A stretch of DNA of 64,000 nucleotides from an uncultured Gammaproteobacteria bacterium (lineage in GTDB: Bacteria; Patescibacteriota; Patescibacteriia; Veblenbacterales; UBA10138): positions 310,029 to 374,028 of the forward strand of contig CAYVOI010000001.1 in the NCBI GenBank assembly GCA_964453605.1, given 5' to 3'. The stretch's first letter is position 1. Every line of letters starts with the position of its first letter. The translations under genes and the position numbers were made by a program. Below are positions 24,793 to 33,269 of the stretch, one piece after another. Below the pieces are notes generated by a model. The model was given only the letters and a program-made list of their open reading frames with translations, did not search any database and had not been told where the DNA came from.

Positions 24793-27405
24793 ATGGCTCC
24801 TGAACCCAAGGTAGGCCAAGGTGGCTTGCTCACTCAATTCCCGAGCCTGCAAGACGTAGCCCAGCTCACCCCCGAGCTCGCCGTCAAGGGCCTCGGCAGT
24901 AGTGCCTCAGGCCTCAGTTCCGCCCGAGCGCGGGAACGCTTGGCAACGTATGGCCCCAATACGATTGCGGCTGAGCGACAGACCAGCTGGTTTACTATGC
25001 TGCTTTCGAACCTCAGGGACCCGCTGAGCGGGCTGCTGCTGGTGTTAGCAGTTATTTCATACTTTACTGGTGACCAGCGTTCCACCGTGCTCATTGTGGT
25101 GATGTTGGTCCTGAGCGTAGGCCTCCGCTTCCTGCAAGAGCTTAAGGCCGACCACGCGGCAGAAAAGCTTAAAGCTATGGTGCGGACAACTGCTACGGTG
25201 GTACGGGGTGGTGCTGCGCTTGAGGTGCCTCTCCGCGCGCTGGTACCGGGGGACGTGGTGCAGCTTTCAGCTGGCGATATGGTCCCGGCCGACCTTAGGC
25301 TCATAGAGTCCAGGGATCTGTTCGTAAACCAAGCTACGCTGACTGGTGAGGCACTGCCAGTCGGAAAGCACGCGCCGGCTGTTACCGACAAGTCTTTAGC
25401 TCAGTTCGACATTCCCAACTTATGTTTCATGGGGACTGACGTAGAGAGCGGTACAGCTACAGCGCTGGTGGTGGCCACGGCAGGTGCCACCTACTTTGGT
25501 GGACTTTCCCTAAGTTTACAACGTCGGGACGAGGTTACCGACTTTGACCGCGGCGTGACTCGTTTCACCTGGCTCATGATCCGCTTTATTGCGGTCATGG
25601 TGCCACTGGTGTTCCTCATCAACTGGTTTGGCAAGGGTGACTGGGCCCAAGCCTTCCTCTTTGCCCTGGCTGTGGCGGTTGGGCTGACACCCGAGCTCCT
25701 GCCTATGATTGTGACGGTAAACCTGTCCAAGGGGGCGCTCAACATGTCGAAGCAGAAGGTGATTGTGAAGCGCCTCAACGCTATTCAAAACTTTGGCGCC
25801 ATGGATATTCTCTGCACCGATAAGACCGGCACGCTGACAGAAGGCAAGGTAACACTTATCAAACACGTCGATATCGAGGGCAAGGAGAACAGTGACGTCC
25901 TGACCTACGCCTACCTCAACAGCTTTTACCAAACGGGCTTACGGAACTTGCTTGACCAAGCTGTGCTAGCACACGACACAGCTCAAGCCCAGAGGGTTGA
26001 ACATAGCTACCAGAAGGTCGATGAAGTGCCGTTCGACTTTGTGCGCCGGCGGATGTCGGTAGTGGTGGAAGACGGCAAGGGTAAACACCTCTTGATCTGC
26101 AAAGGTGCGGTTGAGGAAGTGCTAGCCCAGTCCAACGCAGTTCAGGTTGCTGGGCGCACCTTGCCCCTAAGCCAGCTGCACCACCAGAGCAAACAGGACT
26201 TGGTGGGCAAGCTCAACGCCCAGGGGTTTCGTTTGATTGCGTTGGCGATTCGCGAGCTGCCACCTTCGAAGCGTGTCTACTCAGTCGCCGACGAGGTAAA
26301 CCTGACCCTGGTGGGGTTTCTAGCTTTCTTAGATCCAGCCAAGCCAACCGCTGCCCAGGCACTTAAAGATCTGTCACGCCATGGTGTGCAGGTTAAAGTG
26401 CTGACCGGTGACAATGAGGTGGTAACCCGCAAGCTCTGTAGTGAGGTGGGGCTGCCGATTACGCGCATACTTTTGGGCAGTGAGGTGGACAAATTCAGCG
26501 ACGCCGAACTTGAGCAGGCAGCCGAAGAGGCTACCGTGTTTGATAAACTTGAACCCGCGCATAAAGAGCGCGTGATACAGGCGCTTAAACGCCGTGGGCA
26601 CGTGGTAGGGTTTATGGGTGACGGCATCAACGATGCGCCGGCGCTTAAAGCCGCCGACGTTGGCATCTCCGTTGACTCGGCGGTCGACATTGCGAAAGAG
26701 TCGTCAGACATTATTCTGCTCGAGAAGAGCCTCTATGTACTCAAGGACGGGGTCAGGGAGGGCAGGAAGGTGTTCGGCAACATCGATAAGTACATCAAGA
26801 TGACAGCTAGTTCAAACTTTGGCAACATGCTGAGCGTGGTAGGGGCCAGCCTGTTCTTGCCGTTTTTACCTATGCTCCCCATTCAAGTTATCGCCAACAA
26901 CTTGCTCTACGACCTTTCCCAAGTAGCCATTCCTACTGACGGCGTTGATGTGGAGTACCTCAACCGCCCGCGGCCGTGGAACCTCAAGCACCTGGAACGT
27001 TTTATCTTAATTATGGGTTCGGTGAGTTCGGTGTTTGATTTCGCCACCTATGCTATTCTCATTTTCTTGTTTGGTGCTTGGACTGGCGCCCAAGCTTTGT
27101 TCCATACGGGTTGGTTCGTGGAATCGCTCCTCAGCCAAACGCTTATCATCCACATCCTCCGGACTAACCGTCTACCGTTCTTCCAGAGCCGAGCGAGCTG
27201 GCCCCTCACTATAACTACACTGGCCGCTGTGGCGGTAGGCGTGTACCTGCCCTTCTCCCCGCTGGCGCAAACGTTAAGCTTTGTGCCGCTGCCAGGGCGG
27301 TACTGGCTGTTCATGTTGGGGGTGCTGCTGCTCTACGCCGCCGCGGCCCAGCTGGTGAAGCGTTGGTTTGAGCGCTACGTTGAGGCAAAATCTCAACCTG
27401 TATAA
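24793..27405 (+). CDS. mgtA: P-type ATPase, Mg2+-importing MgtA-like (type IIIB)
   Basis: 870 aa. ICTDKTGTLT phosphorylation site, TGDN, GDGINDAPALK, 10-TM architecture, MgtA-like N-terminus. Confidence 0.8.
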   Translation: MAPEPKVGQGGLLTQFPSLQDVAQLTPELAVKGLGSSASGLSSARARERLATYGPNTIAAERQTSWFTMLLSNLRDPLSGLLLVLAVISYFTGDQRSTVLIVVMLVLSVGLRFLQELKADHAAEKLKAMVRTTATVVRGGAALEVPLRALVPGDVVQLSAGDMVPADLRLIESRDLFVNQATLTGEALPVGKHAPAVTDKSLAQFDIPNLCFMGTDVESGTATALVVATAGATYFGGLSLSLQRRDEVTDFDRGVTRFTWLMIRFIAVMVPLVFLINWFGKGDWAQAFLFALAVAVGLTPELLPMIVTVNLSKGALNMSKQKVIVKRLNAIQNFGAMDILCTDKTGTLTEGKVTLIKHVDIEGKENSDVLTYAYLNSFYQTGLRNLLDQAVLAHDTAQAQRVEHSYQKVDEVPFDFVRRRMSVVVEDGKGKHLLICKGAVEEVLAQSNAVQVAGRTLPLSQLHHQSKQDLVGKLNAQGFRLIALAIRELPPSKRVYSVADEVNLTLVGFLAFLDPAKPTAAQALKDLSRHGVQVKVLTGDNEVVTRKLCSEVGLPITRILLGSEVDKFSDAELEQAAEEATVFDKLEPAHKERVIQALKRRGHVVGFMGDGINDAPALKAADVGISVDSAVDIAKESSDIILLEKSLYVLKDGVREGRKVFGNIDKYIKMTASSNFGNMLSVVGASLFLPFLPMLPIQVIANNLLYDLSQVAIPTDGVDVEYLNRPRPWNLKHLERFILIMGSVSSVFDFATYAILIFLFGAWTGAQALFHTGWFVESLLSQTLIIHILRTNRLPFFQSRASWPLTITTLAAVAVGVYLPFSPLAQTLSFVPLPGRYWLFMLGVLLLYAAAAQLVKRWFERYVEAKSQPV

Positions 27406-27552
27406 GTCAGGTAAGCGCCGTCTTCACCCATTAGCAGAGTTAGGCTTAATGGTTGCTTCACGCTGGTCAGGAACAGTTTGACCTGTGGATTGTGCGGTTT
27501 TCTTAGGGTTTGCTATACTGAGGAGTACTAATTCGTTAACCAGCCACAACCT

Positions 27553-27837
27553 ATGGCTAAAGGTATGACCAAGTCACAGGTGCTCGCCGCTCTGGCTGAA
27601 GCTACCGGCCACAGCCGGAAAGAGGCTTCGGCTTGGGTAGAGGCTATGGTGATGCTCGCCTACAAAGAGACCAAGCGCTCCGGCGAGTTCACCATTCCAG
27701 GCCTCGGCAAGCTCGTTAAGAAGCAGCGCGCCGCCCGCATGGGCCGCAACCCCGCCACTGGCCAGGAGATCAAAATTCCGGCTAAGACGGTAGTTAAGTT
27801 CCGGGTAGCCAAGGCTGCCAAGGACAGTATTCTCTAA
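27553..27837 (+). CDS. HU/IHF-family nucleoid-associated DNA-binding protein
   Basis: 94 aa. Beta-arm with RMGRNPATGQEIKIPAKTVVKFR. Confidence 0.85.
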   Translation: MAKGMTKSQVLAALAEATGHSRKEASAWVEAMVMLAYKETKRSGEFTIPGLGKLVKKQRAARMGRNPATGQEIKIPAKTVVKFRVAKAAKDSIL

Positions 27838-28021
27838 GTTAAACTCGCTCTCCGCAGTCGCCCACTGCCTGAGTGTTCATACGGCCCTCCGATTGGTATC
27901 GGAGGGCCGTATGTTGTCTTTTTACGATTAAGAGGTTGACATTTTAGCTCCACTAGATTAAGGTTTTACCACAGCAGACAGTTAAACAAACCAATGTATA
28001 AACTACACAAGGAGATTTACC

Positions 28022-28564
28022 TTGAAAACTAAACAGCAGATATTCTTGATTCATGGGATTTATTTCTATGAAGGTGCTATGCCTGGTATAGGTCATGAGC
28101 CAGGTATCGGTGAAATCGTGGTCACGCGCCATACTGGAGCGTACTCCCTCTTTAGTGGGGTAATTGCCCCGCACAAGGATGATGGAACCACGTACGGTGG
28201 TGAATTGTCAGACTATTTCGGTGAGTCCACGCTTAGTGAAGTTGAAATCTCTGACAATACGCTGTCGTTCCTCAAGACCTACAAGGTGAGTGGCTACACT
28301 AGTCTCTATACTTTCAAAAGAGCCGGTCCGTTATGGTTCGGGTCATGGGGTTCACGCAGTGGCTCAGACAATGGTTGCGCCAGGTGCATCGTCCATTCGG
28401 TTACTGAGAGCTTCTTCCATGTTGAGGATCCGAAAGTTCTGGATGTGCCGACGGAGGTTGCCGAGAAAGTACAACCCCCCTGCGATCAATGCGGTAGCAT
28501 CATGATTCGCAAAGGAAGCGAGTGCAAGTGCCCTAACTGCGAGGAAACAAAATCAGACTCTTAG
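28022..28564 (+). CDS. Hypothetical protein with a C-terminal zinc ribbon (TTG start)
   Basis: TTG at 28022 with aaggag 7 nt upstream. C-terminal CDQCGS...CKCPNCEE. Flanked by AT-rich DNA. Confidence 0.4.
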   Translation: MKTKQQIFLIHGIYFYEGAMPGIGHEPGIGEIVVTRHTGAYSLFSGVIAPHKDDGTTYGGELSDYFGESTLSEVEISDNTLSFLKTYKVSGYTSLYTFKRAGPLWFGSWGSRSGSDNGCARCIVHSVTESFFHVEDPKVLDVPTEVAEKVQPPCDQCGSIMIRKGSECKCPNCEETKSDS

Positions 28565-28714
28565 ATTTTGGGCTCGAAAAAAGGCCTCTACAAGAACTGC
28601 TTTGCGCAAGCCAGATGGGGTGTGGTGCGTAAAATCCTGGAATGATGGCGAGGGCTTAGACATCCACCCTAGTAATGGGTTGAGTAACCAAAGACACTTC
28701 CAGTTAGAGAAAAA

Positions 28715-28756
28715 GGGCGGTGATGATAGACCATCTAACCGCCCTCCCTTTTTATT
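28715..28756 (+). terminator. Rho-independent terminator
   Basis: gggcggt...accgccc followed by tccctttttatt. Confidence 0.65.
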
Positions 28757-28807
28757 CATGGCCCTGTCAAAGAATACATTCAGCTACCCTGTGGTATACT
28801 GCAGGGT

Positions 28808-29701
28808 ATGAGTTGGCTCTGGTGGGTTACCCTCGGGTACCTGTTGAACGCCCTAACCTTGGTGGTTGATAAGGCGCTCCTTGCGCGCAAGGAGATTAAG
28901 GACCCTGCCGTGTACACGTTGTCTATTTCTCTACTCGGCGCGCTGGTGCTGGTACTTGCCCCTTGGGGACTCACCTGGCCAAGTGCCCAAGTGCTCGCCT
29001 TAGGGTTTACCTCAGGCTTTTGTTTTAGCCTAGCACTCTGGCTCATGTTCATGGTGCTGAAGGTGGGTGAGGCCTCACGCGTGCCGGCTTTTATTGGCAG
29101 TTTAAGCCCCATGTTTGTTTTTCTCTTTTCCGCTGTACTCTCGGGCGAGCGTCTTAGTGCGCTAGAGGTAGTGGCGTTCGCGTTTCTAGTTTTTGGTGGA
29201 TTGTTAATGGTCGGTGGTCACGGCGGGCTCAAGCACCGTCCACTCCTACTGGCCGCACTGTCAGCCGCCATTTTTGCCTTGGCCTATGTTACGTTAAAAC
29301 TCACCTTTGAGCACACTAATTTTATCTCCGGGCTCATCTGGTCCAGGCTTGGGGCGCTACTGGCAAGTTTGCTGCTCCTGGCTATTCCAGGGACTTACCG
29401 GCGTTGGCGACAGAGCATGGGCCAGAGTACCAATGGTTTGAAGCTCGTGTTTCTCGGCGGTCAAATTTCAGCGGCGCTGTCGGGGCTTTTTATTACCTAC
29501 GCTATTACCAAGCAGAGCGTAACGTTGGTGAACGCGCTCCAGGGTTTGCAGTACGTTTTTCTACTCGGGCTAGCGGTGCTAGTGTCCTGGCGGTATCCTG
29601 AGTTTTTCCGCGACGAGTTCAGTGGCCGAACCTTGGCGCGTAAGGTGCTAGGTACTGTGGCCATTGGAGTTGGGCTGTGGCTGGTAGCGGCTGTAGCGTG
29701 A
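28808..29701 (+). CDS. EamA/DMT-superfamily transporter
   Basis: 10-TM protein with two EamA-like repeats. Confidence 0.55.
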   Translation: MSWLWWVTLGYLLNALTLVVDKALLARKEIKDPAVYTLSISLLGALVLVLAPWGLTWPSAQVLALGFTSGFCFSLALWLMFMVLKVGEASRVPAFIGSLSPMFVFLFSAVLSGERLSALEVVAFAFLVFGGLLMVGGHGGLKHRPLLLAALSAAIFALAYVTLKLTFEHTNFISGLIWSRLGALLASLLLLAIPGTYRRWRQSMGQSTNGLKLVFLGGQISAALSGLFITYAITKQSVTLVNALQGLQYVFLLGLAVLVSWRYPEFFRDEFSGRTLARKVLGTVAIGVGLWLVAAVA

Positions 29702-29705
29702 GCGT

Positions 29706-30680
29706 ATGAAGTACCTGTGGGCCTTCTTAGGGTTTCTTGCCCTCTTAGTCGCCGTTGGGCTAACGCTCCAACGTAGCTTGCCGTTCGTACCTGAGCCCCG
29801 GTTCGTAGTGACGTTTTCTAGCGAGCAAGCTCGCTACCTAGGGTTAGACCCGGCTGAAACCTACCAAGCGATACTCACCGAGCTCAAACCGGCTCACGTT
29901 AGGCTGCAGGCGAACTGGCGCGACGTTGAACCTGAACCGGGTCAGTTCACGTTTGCTGAAGTTGATGCGCTGGTGGCAGGGGCTCAGGCACATGGTGCCA
30001 CGGTGACATTGGCGGTGGGGAGAAAACTTCCCCACTGGCCCGAGTGCCACGACCCACTGTGGGCTAAGAGTTTAAAACCATGGGAGCTTGATGAGCGTAT
30101 TTTGGGTATGCTCTCCACCGTGGTGAAGCACTACCGTGGTAACGCCACGATTGTTCGTTGGCAGCTTGAGAACGAGCCCATGTTCGGCTATGGCGACTGC
30201 CCACCGCCATCGTGGCACCGGCTGGTGGCCGAGCGAGACCTGCTGCGCTCTCTAGACCCTACGCGGCCAATCTTGCTAACTGATTCCGGTGAACTATCAC
30301 CGTGGTTTGAAACCGCCGCCCTGGCCGATGAACAGGGTGCTACCATGTATCGGGTAACCTGGAACCCAATTTTGGGGTACTTTACCTACCCGTGGCCGCC
30401 ACTCTACTACCGTATTAAGGCTGGTTTGGTTAGCCTGTTTGTGAAGAAGGTAATAGTAAGCGAGCTGCAGATGGAACCGTGGGCACCGGCCGGGCTAGCG
30501 CAGCTTTCGCTTGAGGAAGCGCGCAAGTCGTTTGACCTCGATCGGTTTCACGCTAACGTAAATTTTTTCCGGCGCACGGGTTTGCCGGAGGCTATGGTTT
30601 GGGGTACGGAGTGGTGGTATAGCGCGCTGAAGCACGGCGACCCTAGCTACTGGCAGGCTGGTGGGCAGCTGTTCCACTAA
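29706..30680 (+). CDS. Membrane-anchored TIM-barrel glycoside-hydrolase-like protein (GH5-like NEP motif)
   Basis: WQLENEPMFGYG contains the GH5 catalytic N-E-P. N-terminal TM helix. Confidence 0.4.
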   Translation: MKYLWAFLGFLALLVAVGLTLQRSLPFVPEPRFVVTFSSEQARYLGLDPAETYQAILTELKPAHVRLQANWRDVEPEPGQFTFAEVDALVAGAQAHGATVTLAVGRKLPHWPECHDPLWAKSLKPWELDERILGMLSTVVKHYRGNATIVRWQLENEPMFGYGDCPPPSWHRLVAERDLLRSLDPTRPILLTDSGELSPWFETAALADEQGATMYRVTWNPILGYFTYPWPPLYYRIKAGLVSLFVKKVIVSELQMEPWAPAGLAQLSLEEARKSFDLDRFHANVNFFRRTGLPEAMVWGTEWWYSALKHGDPSYWQAGGQLFH

Positions 30681-30722
30681 AAATACCCTGGCCTAAGGCC
30701 AGGGTATTTGGTAGACCGGAGG

Positions 30723-31154
30723 TTACGGCGTGACGGTTACCTTGCCGAAGTGGCTGGCGTTGAGGTGGTCGTGGAATCCCCAGGCGCCGGACTTGGTGAA
30801 GGTAAATGTCCAGCTTTGCCCAGGTGCAATACCCCGCCGCGGGTCAAATTCCGGGTAGTTGGTGTGGGTGGGGTGAGGAGCTGAGGCGGGCCAGTGGGGG
30901 AGTGCGCCGTTGTTCATAAACCTCACCGTATCGCCAACGGTAATGCTAAGCTGCGATGGAGTGAAGCCATCGTCGGTCATGCTGATGACGACCGTTTTTG
31001 GCTGATGAGCGGGAGGGGTAACCGTTGCCGGAGCATTGGTGTTGGTGACTGGCGTGGTGGTAGGTGGTGTAGCTGCCGGTGTTCCGCTGCAGGCGGCACC
31101 AACCAAGCTTAGCGTAGCCAGAGCACCTACGGTTACTAGGGAACGTTTGAACAT
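30723..31154 (-). CDS. Cupredoxin-like lipoprotein without Cys ligand (EfeO/cupredoxin-like)
   Basis: Lipobox LVGAACS, Thr/Pro linker, His-rich beta-domain (HWPASAPHPTH, FHDHL...HFGKVTV). Confidence 0.45.
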   Translation of the reverse strand: MFKRSLVTVGALATLSLVGAACSGTPAATPPTTTPVTNTNAPATVTPPAHQPKTVVISMTDDGFTPSQLSITVGDTVRFMNNGALPHWPASAPHPTHTNYPEFDPRRGIAPGQSWTFTFTKSGAWGFHDHLNASHFGKVTVTP

Positions 31155-31276
31155 ACGTTTCTGTTTAAGGATTAGCTTACCCAGTGTACCCTACGATTCA
31201 TAGGTGAGGCAATTATGATTATCGTCGGGTGGGCGTTGCCAGAGCACCGAGCTTTGGCTATACTACGCCTGTTGTA

Positions 31277-31301
31277 CGGGGTATGGCCTAACCCCGACGC
31301 C
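31277..31301 (+). repeat. Internally deleted tRNA-Pro remnant (5' acceptor/D start cggggtatggcctaa joined to 3' acceptor ccccgacgcc)
   Basis: The first 15 nt are identical to tRNA-Pro 31670..31684. The tail matches the 3' acceptor strand. Lies upstream of the GIY-YIG gene. Confidence 0.6.
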
Positions 31302-31386
31302 TGGGCGCCGACGCTGCGGTCGGCGTTCCGCACCAGAAGCGTCGGAATCGGGGCTCCGACAGCGGAGCTCGTCGGAGTTGGTTTAT

Positions 31387-31647
31387 ATGATAGGATATTT
31401 GTATATTTTGAAGAGCTCGCAAACGGGACGTTATTACGTCGGTAGTACGAATGATTTACGTCGGCGACTGGTTCAACATCACCAGGGCCAGACTGCAACA
31501 ACTAAACGTCTCGGCAAGTTTGAGTTAGTTTTTTCTCAGGAGTTTAGTTCGCTAGCAGAAGCGAGGCTAGCCGAACGCCGAGTAAAGGAGTGGAAACGAC
31601 GAGATTTTATTGAAAAAATTATCCGTGATGGTAGAATTAAAACTTAA
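31387..31647 (+). CDS. Stand-alone GIY-YIG nuclease domain protein (YhbQ/UPF0213-like)
   Basis: GYLYILKSSQTGRYYVGSTNDLRRRLVQHHQG plus a downstream ...ERRVKEW glutamate. ATG at 31387; the track start at 31378 is TTG. Confidence 0.7.
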   Translation: MIGYLYILKSSQTGRYYVGSTNDLRRRLVQHHQGQTATTKRLGKFELVFSQEFSSLAEARLAERRVKEWKRRDFIEKIIRDGRIKT

Positions 31648-31669
31648 CATGTGATGTTGAGGTAATTAT

Positions 31670-31745
31670 CGGGGTATGGCCTAATTGGTAAGGCGCACGC
31701 TTCGGGTGCGTGAGATTCTGGGTTCGAGTCCCAGTACCCCGACCA
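31670..31745 (+). tRNA. tRNA-Pro (anticodon CGG)
   Basis: Acceptor cggggta/taccccg, D arm gcctaattggtaaggc, anticodon stem cacgc/gcgtg with loop ttCGGgt, T arm ctgggttcgagtcccag, CCA. Confidence 0.8.
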
Positions 31746-31784
31746 GACAAATGCGCCGGTAGCGTTACTGGCGCATTTGTCTGC
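31746..31784 (+). terminator. 12-bp-stem hairpin immediately 3' of tRNA-Pro
   Basis: gacaaatgcgcc-ggtagcgttact-ggcgcatttgtc. Confidence 0.55.
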
Positions 31785-31795
31785 TGATTGGTAGT

Positions 31796-31812
31796 ATGGG
31801 ACTCGAAGGGTA
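31796..31812 (+). repeat. Inverted partial copy of the tRNA-Pro T-arm (gggactcgaa = reverse complement of ttcgagtccc)
   Basis: Same arrangement as the inverted T-arm copy gtaggaatcgaa (about 7873) after tRNA-Trp. Confidence 0.5.
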
Positions 31813-31908
31813 CTTTAGAAACGTAAACAGTTTTACGTTGCTAAAGACCCAGGCTTTGGCGGAGCGGTGAGTGTTGTGCTGTAAGCACCACGAGCCGCGG
31901 GGGAGAAG

Positions 31909-31928
31909 GAGTCCCAGTACCCCGACCA
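31909..31928 (+). repeat. Partial duplicate of tRNA-Pro 3' end (copy 1), preceded by gagccgcggggg
   Basis: gagtcccagtaccccgacca is identical to 31726..31745. Confidence 0.8.
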
Positions 31929-32030
31929 TTCGACTCGGCCTTCGACAAGCTCAGGCCTTGCCCATGGTCTACGACCTATAGATGAGCCGAGTCGAATGCC
32001 CTGAGCGAACGAAGTGAGTCGAGGGGCGCT
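31928..32030 (+). repeat. Long hairpin (attcgactcggc...gccgagtcgaat) plus motif gagtcgaatgccctgagc...gagtcgagggg
   Basis: 12-bp stem with a loop of about 46 nt. gagtcgaatgcc at 31989..32000 matches 7159..7170. Confidence 0.6.
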
Positions 32031-32047
32031 GCCCAATACCCCGACCA
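32031..32047 (+). repeat. Diverged partial duplicate of tRNA-Pro 3' end (copy 2)
   Basis: gcccaataccccgacca versus tcccagtaccccgacca. Confidence 0.6.
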
Positions 32048-32081
32048 GCTCCCTATTTTTATTGGTTGTCCTGTATCCCTG

Positions 32082-32786
32082 ATGAATTCCGCTGATCCAA
32101 AAATGTCACAACCTAAGCACGTAGCGGTGATTGTTGATGGCAACCGCCGCTGGGCGAAAGCAAAAAATCTTCCGAGTTTGGAGGGGCACCGGGCTGGCTA
32201 TACAAGGGTAAAAGAGCTTGCCCGCTGGCTGTTTGCTCGTGGGGTTAAGTTTGCCAGCTTCTACCTGTTCTCGCGCGAGAACTGGAATCGTTCGGCTGAG
32301 GAGGTGGCCTACCTGTTCAATTTACTGGACGATGGGTTAGAGCGCGATGTTAAAGATTTTGTGCGCGATGGCATTAGATTGCGGTTTGCTGGTAGCCGCA
32401 CTGAGCTGAAACCCCGTACCCAGAAGCTCATGCGCCAGGCCGAAGCTGAGACCGCGGCTGGCACCAAGGGCACTATTGTGGCCTGCATCAACTACGGCGG
32501 GCAGCAGGAGATTGTAGAGGGCGTGCGCAAACTTGCGGCCGAGGGAACGAATTTAGCCGAGCTCACACCCGAAGGCCTCAAAGCCGGGCTCACGACGGCC
32601 CAGGTGCCGCCGGTTGACTTAATGATTCGCACCTCGGGTGAGCAACGTATTTCGAATTTTCTGTTGTGGGAGCTGGCGTATGCTGAGCTCTATTTTACCC
32701 CCGTGCTGTTTCCTGATTTTTCTGAGAAAAATTTAGACGAGGCTTTAGTTTGGTACCACAGCCGCGAGCGGCGCTTCGGCAGTTGA
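32082..32786 (+). CDS. uppS: Undecaprenyl-diphosphate synthase (cis-prenyltransferase)
   Basis: HVAVIVDGNRRWA, FSRENWNR, and C-terminal RFG. The true start may be ATG 32103. Confidence 0.85.
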   Translation: MNSADPKMSQPKHVAVIVDGNRRWAKAKNLPSLEGHRAGYTRVKELARWLFARGVKFASFYLFSRENWNRSAEEVAYLFNLLDDGLERDVKDFVRDGIRLRFAGSRTELKPRTQKLMRQAEAETAAGTKGTIVACINYGGQQEIVEGVRKLAAEGTNLAELTPEGLKAGLTTAQVPPVDLMIRTSGEQRISNFLLWELAYAELYFTPVLFPDFSEKNLDEALVWYHSRERRFGS

Positions 32787-32846
32787 GGCATACTGAGCAA
32801 ACAAAACATTCCTCGGCACGAGGAATGTTTTGTTTGCAGTAAAGCA

Positions 32847-33173
32847 TTAGGCTGTTTGGAGCAAACCTCGGCAGCTCGCTTCTATAGTACGAATCAGCTC
32901 GTCTTTCGCTGGCTGAGGCGCTTCTAGCCGGTTAATACGGCCAATGAGTTCAATGGCCAGGGCATTCATGTTGTCAACGCCCATTTCCTCAGTGCGGGCG
33001 AGCTTTAGCGCTTCTGTCAAGGCTGCTTGCACTGCAGCAATTTCGCCATTACGAATAGCATCAATACTATGCTCAATAAGTTCTTGGGCTGTTTGCCCGC
33101 GAGCGAGTTCGGCCGTTTCATTGCGCACCTCATCTGTGTCGGCACCGTAAATTGATTGCTCGTTCTGTCTCAT
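32847..33173 (-). CDS. Hypothetical acidic helical protein (108 aa)
   Basis: Only ORF explaining this interval. Convergent with uppS. Confidence 0.35.
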   Translation of the reverse strand: MRQNEQSIYGADTDEVRNETAELARGQTAQELIEHSIDAIRNGEIAAVQAALTEALKLARTEEMGVDNMNALAIELIGRINRLEAPQPAKDELIRTIEASCRGLLQTA

Positions 33174-33269
33174 ATGATGTATACGCTTAATAGTAGTACA
33201 TTCAGATTAGCATGCGATTGTGTAGTTGTTGAGCTTTTTGTCAAGGCCTCTTCGGTGTAAACTAAGCTT

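Noticed and set aside
8739-27314. Numerous antisense ORFs inside island genes (for example 8739..8990, 9354..9701, 11901..12437, 15109..15732, 20492..20854, 23369..23914, 24834..25391, 25516..25932, 26277..26711)
   Set aside because: Each is embedded in a + strand gene with clear domain motifs. None has an RBS or a conserved motif.
31172-31501. ORFs 31172..31501 (-) and 31215..31445 (+) upstream of the GIY-YIG gene
   Set aside because: GC-rich palindromic non-coding DNA containing the tRNA-Pro remnant. They overlap each other and the GIY-YIG start, and the amino-acid composition is typical of random GC-rich frames.
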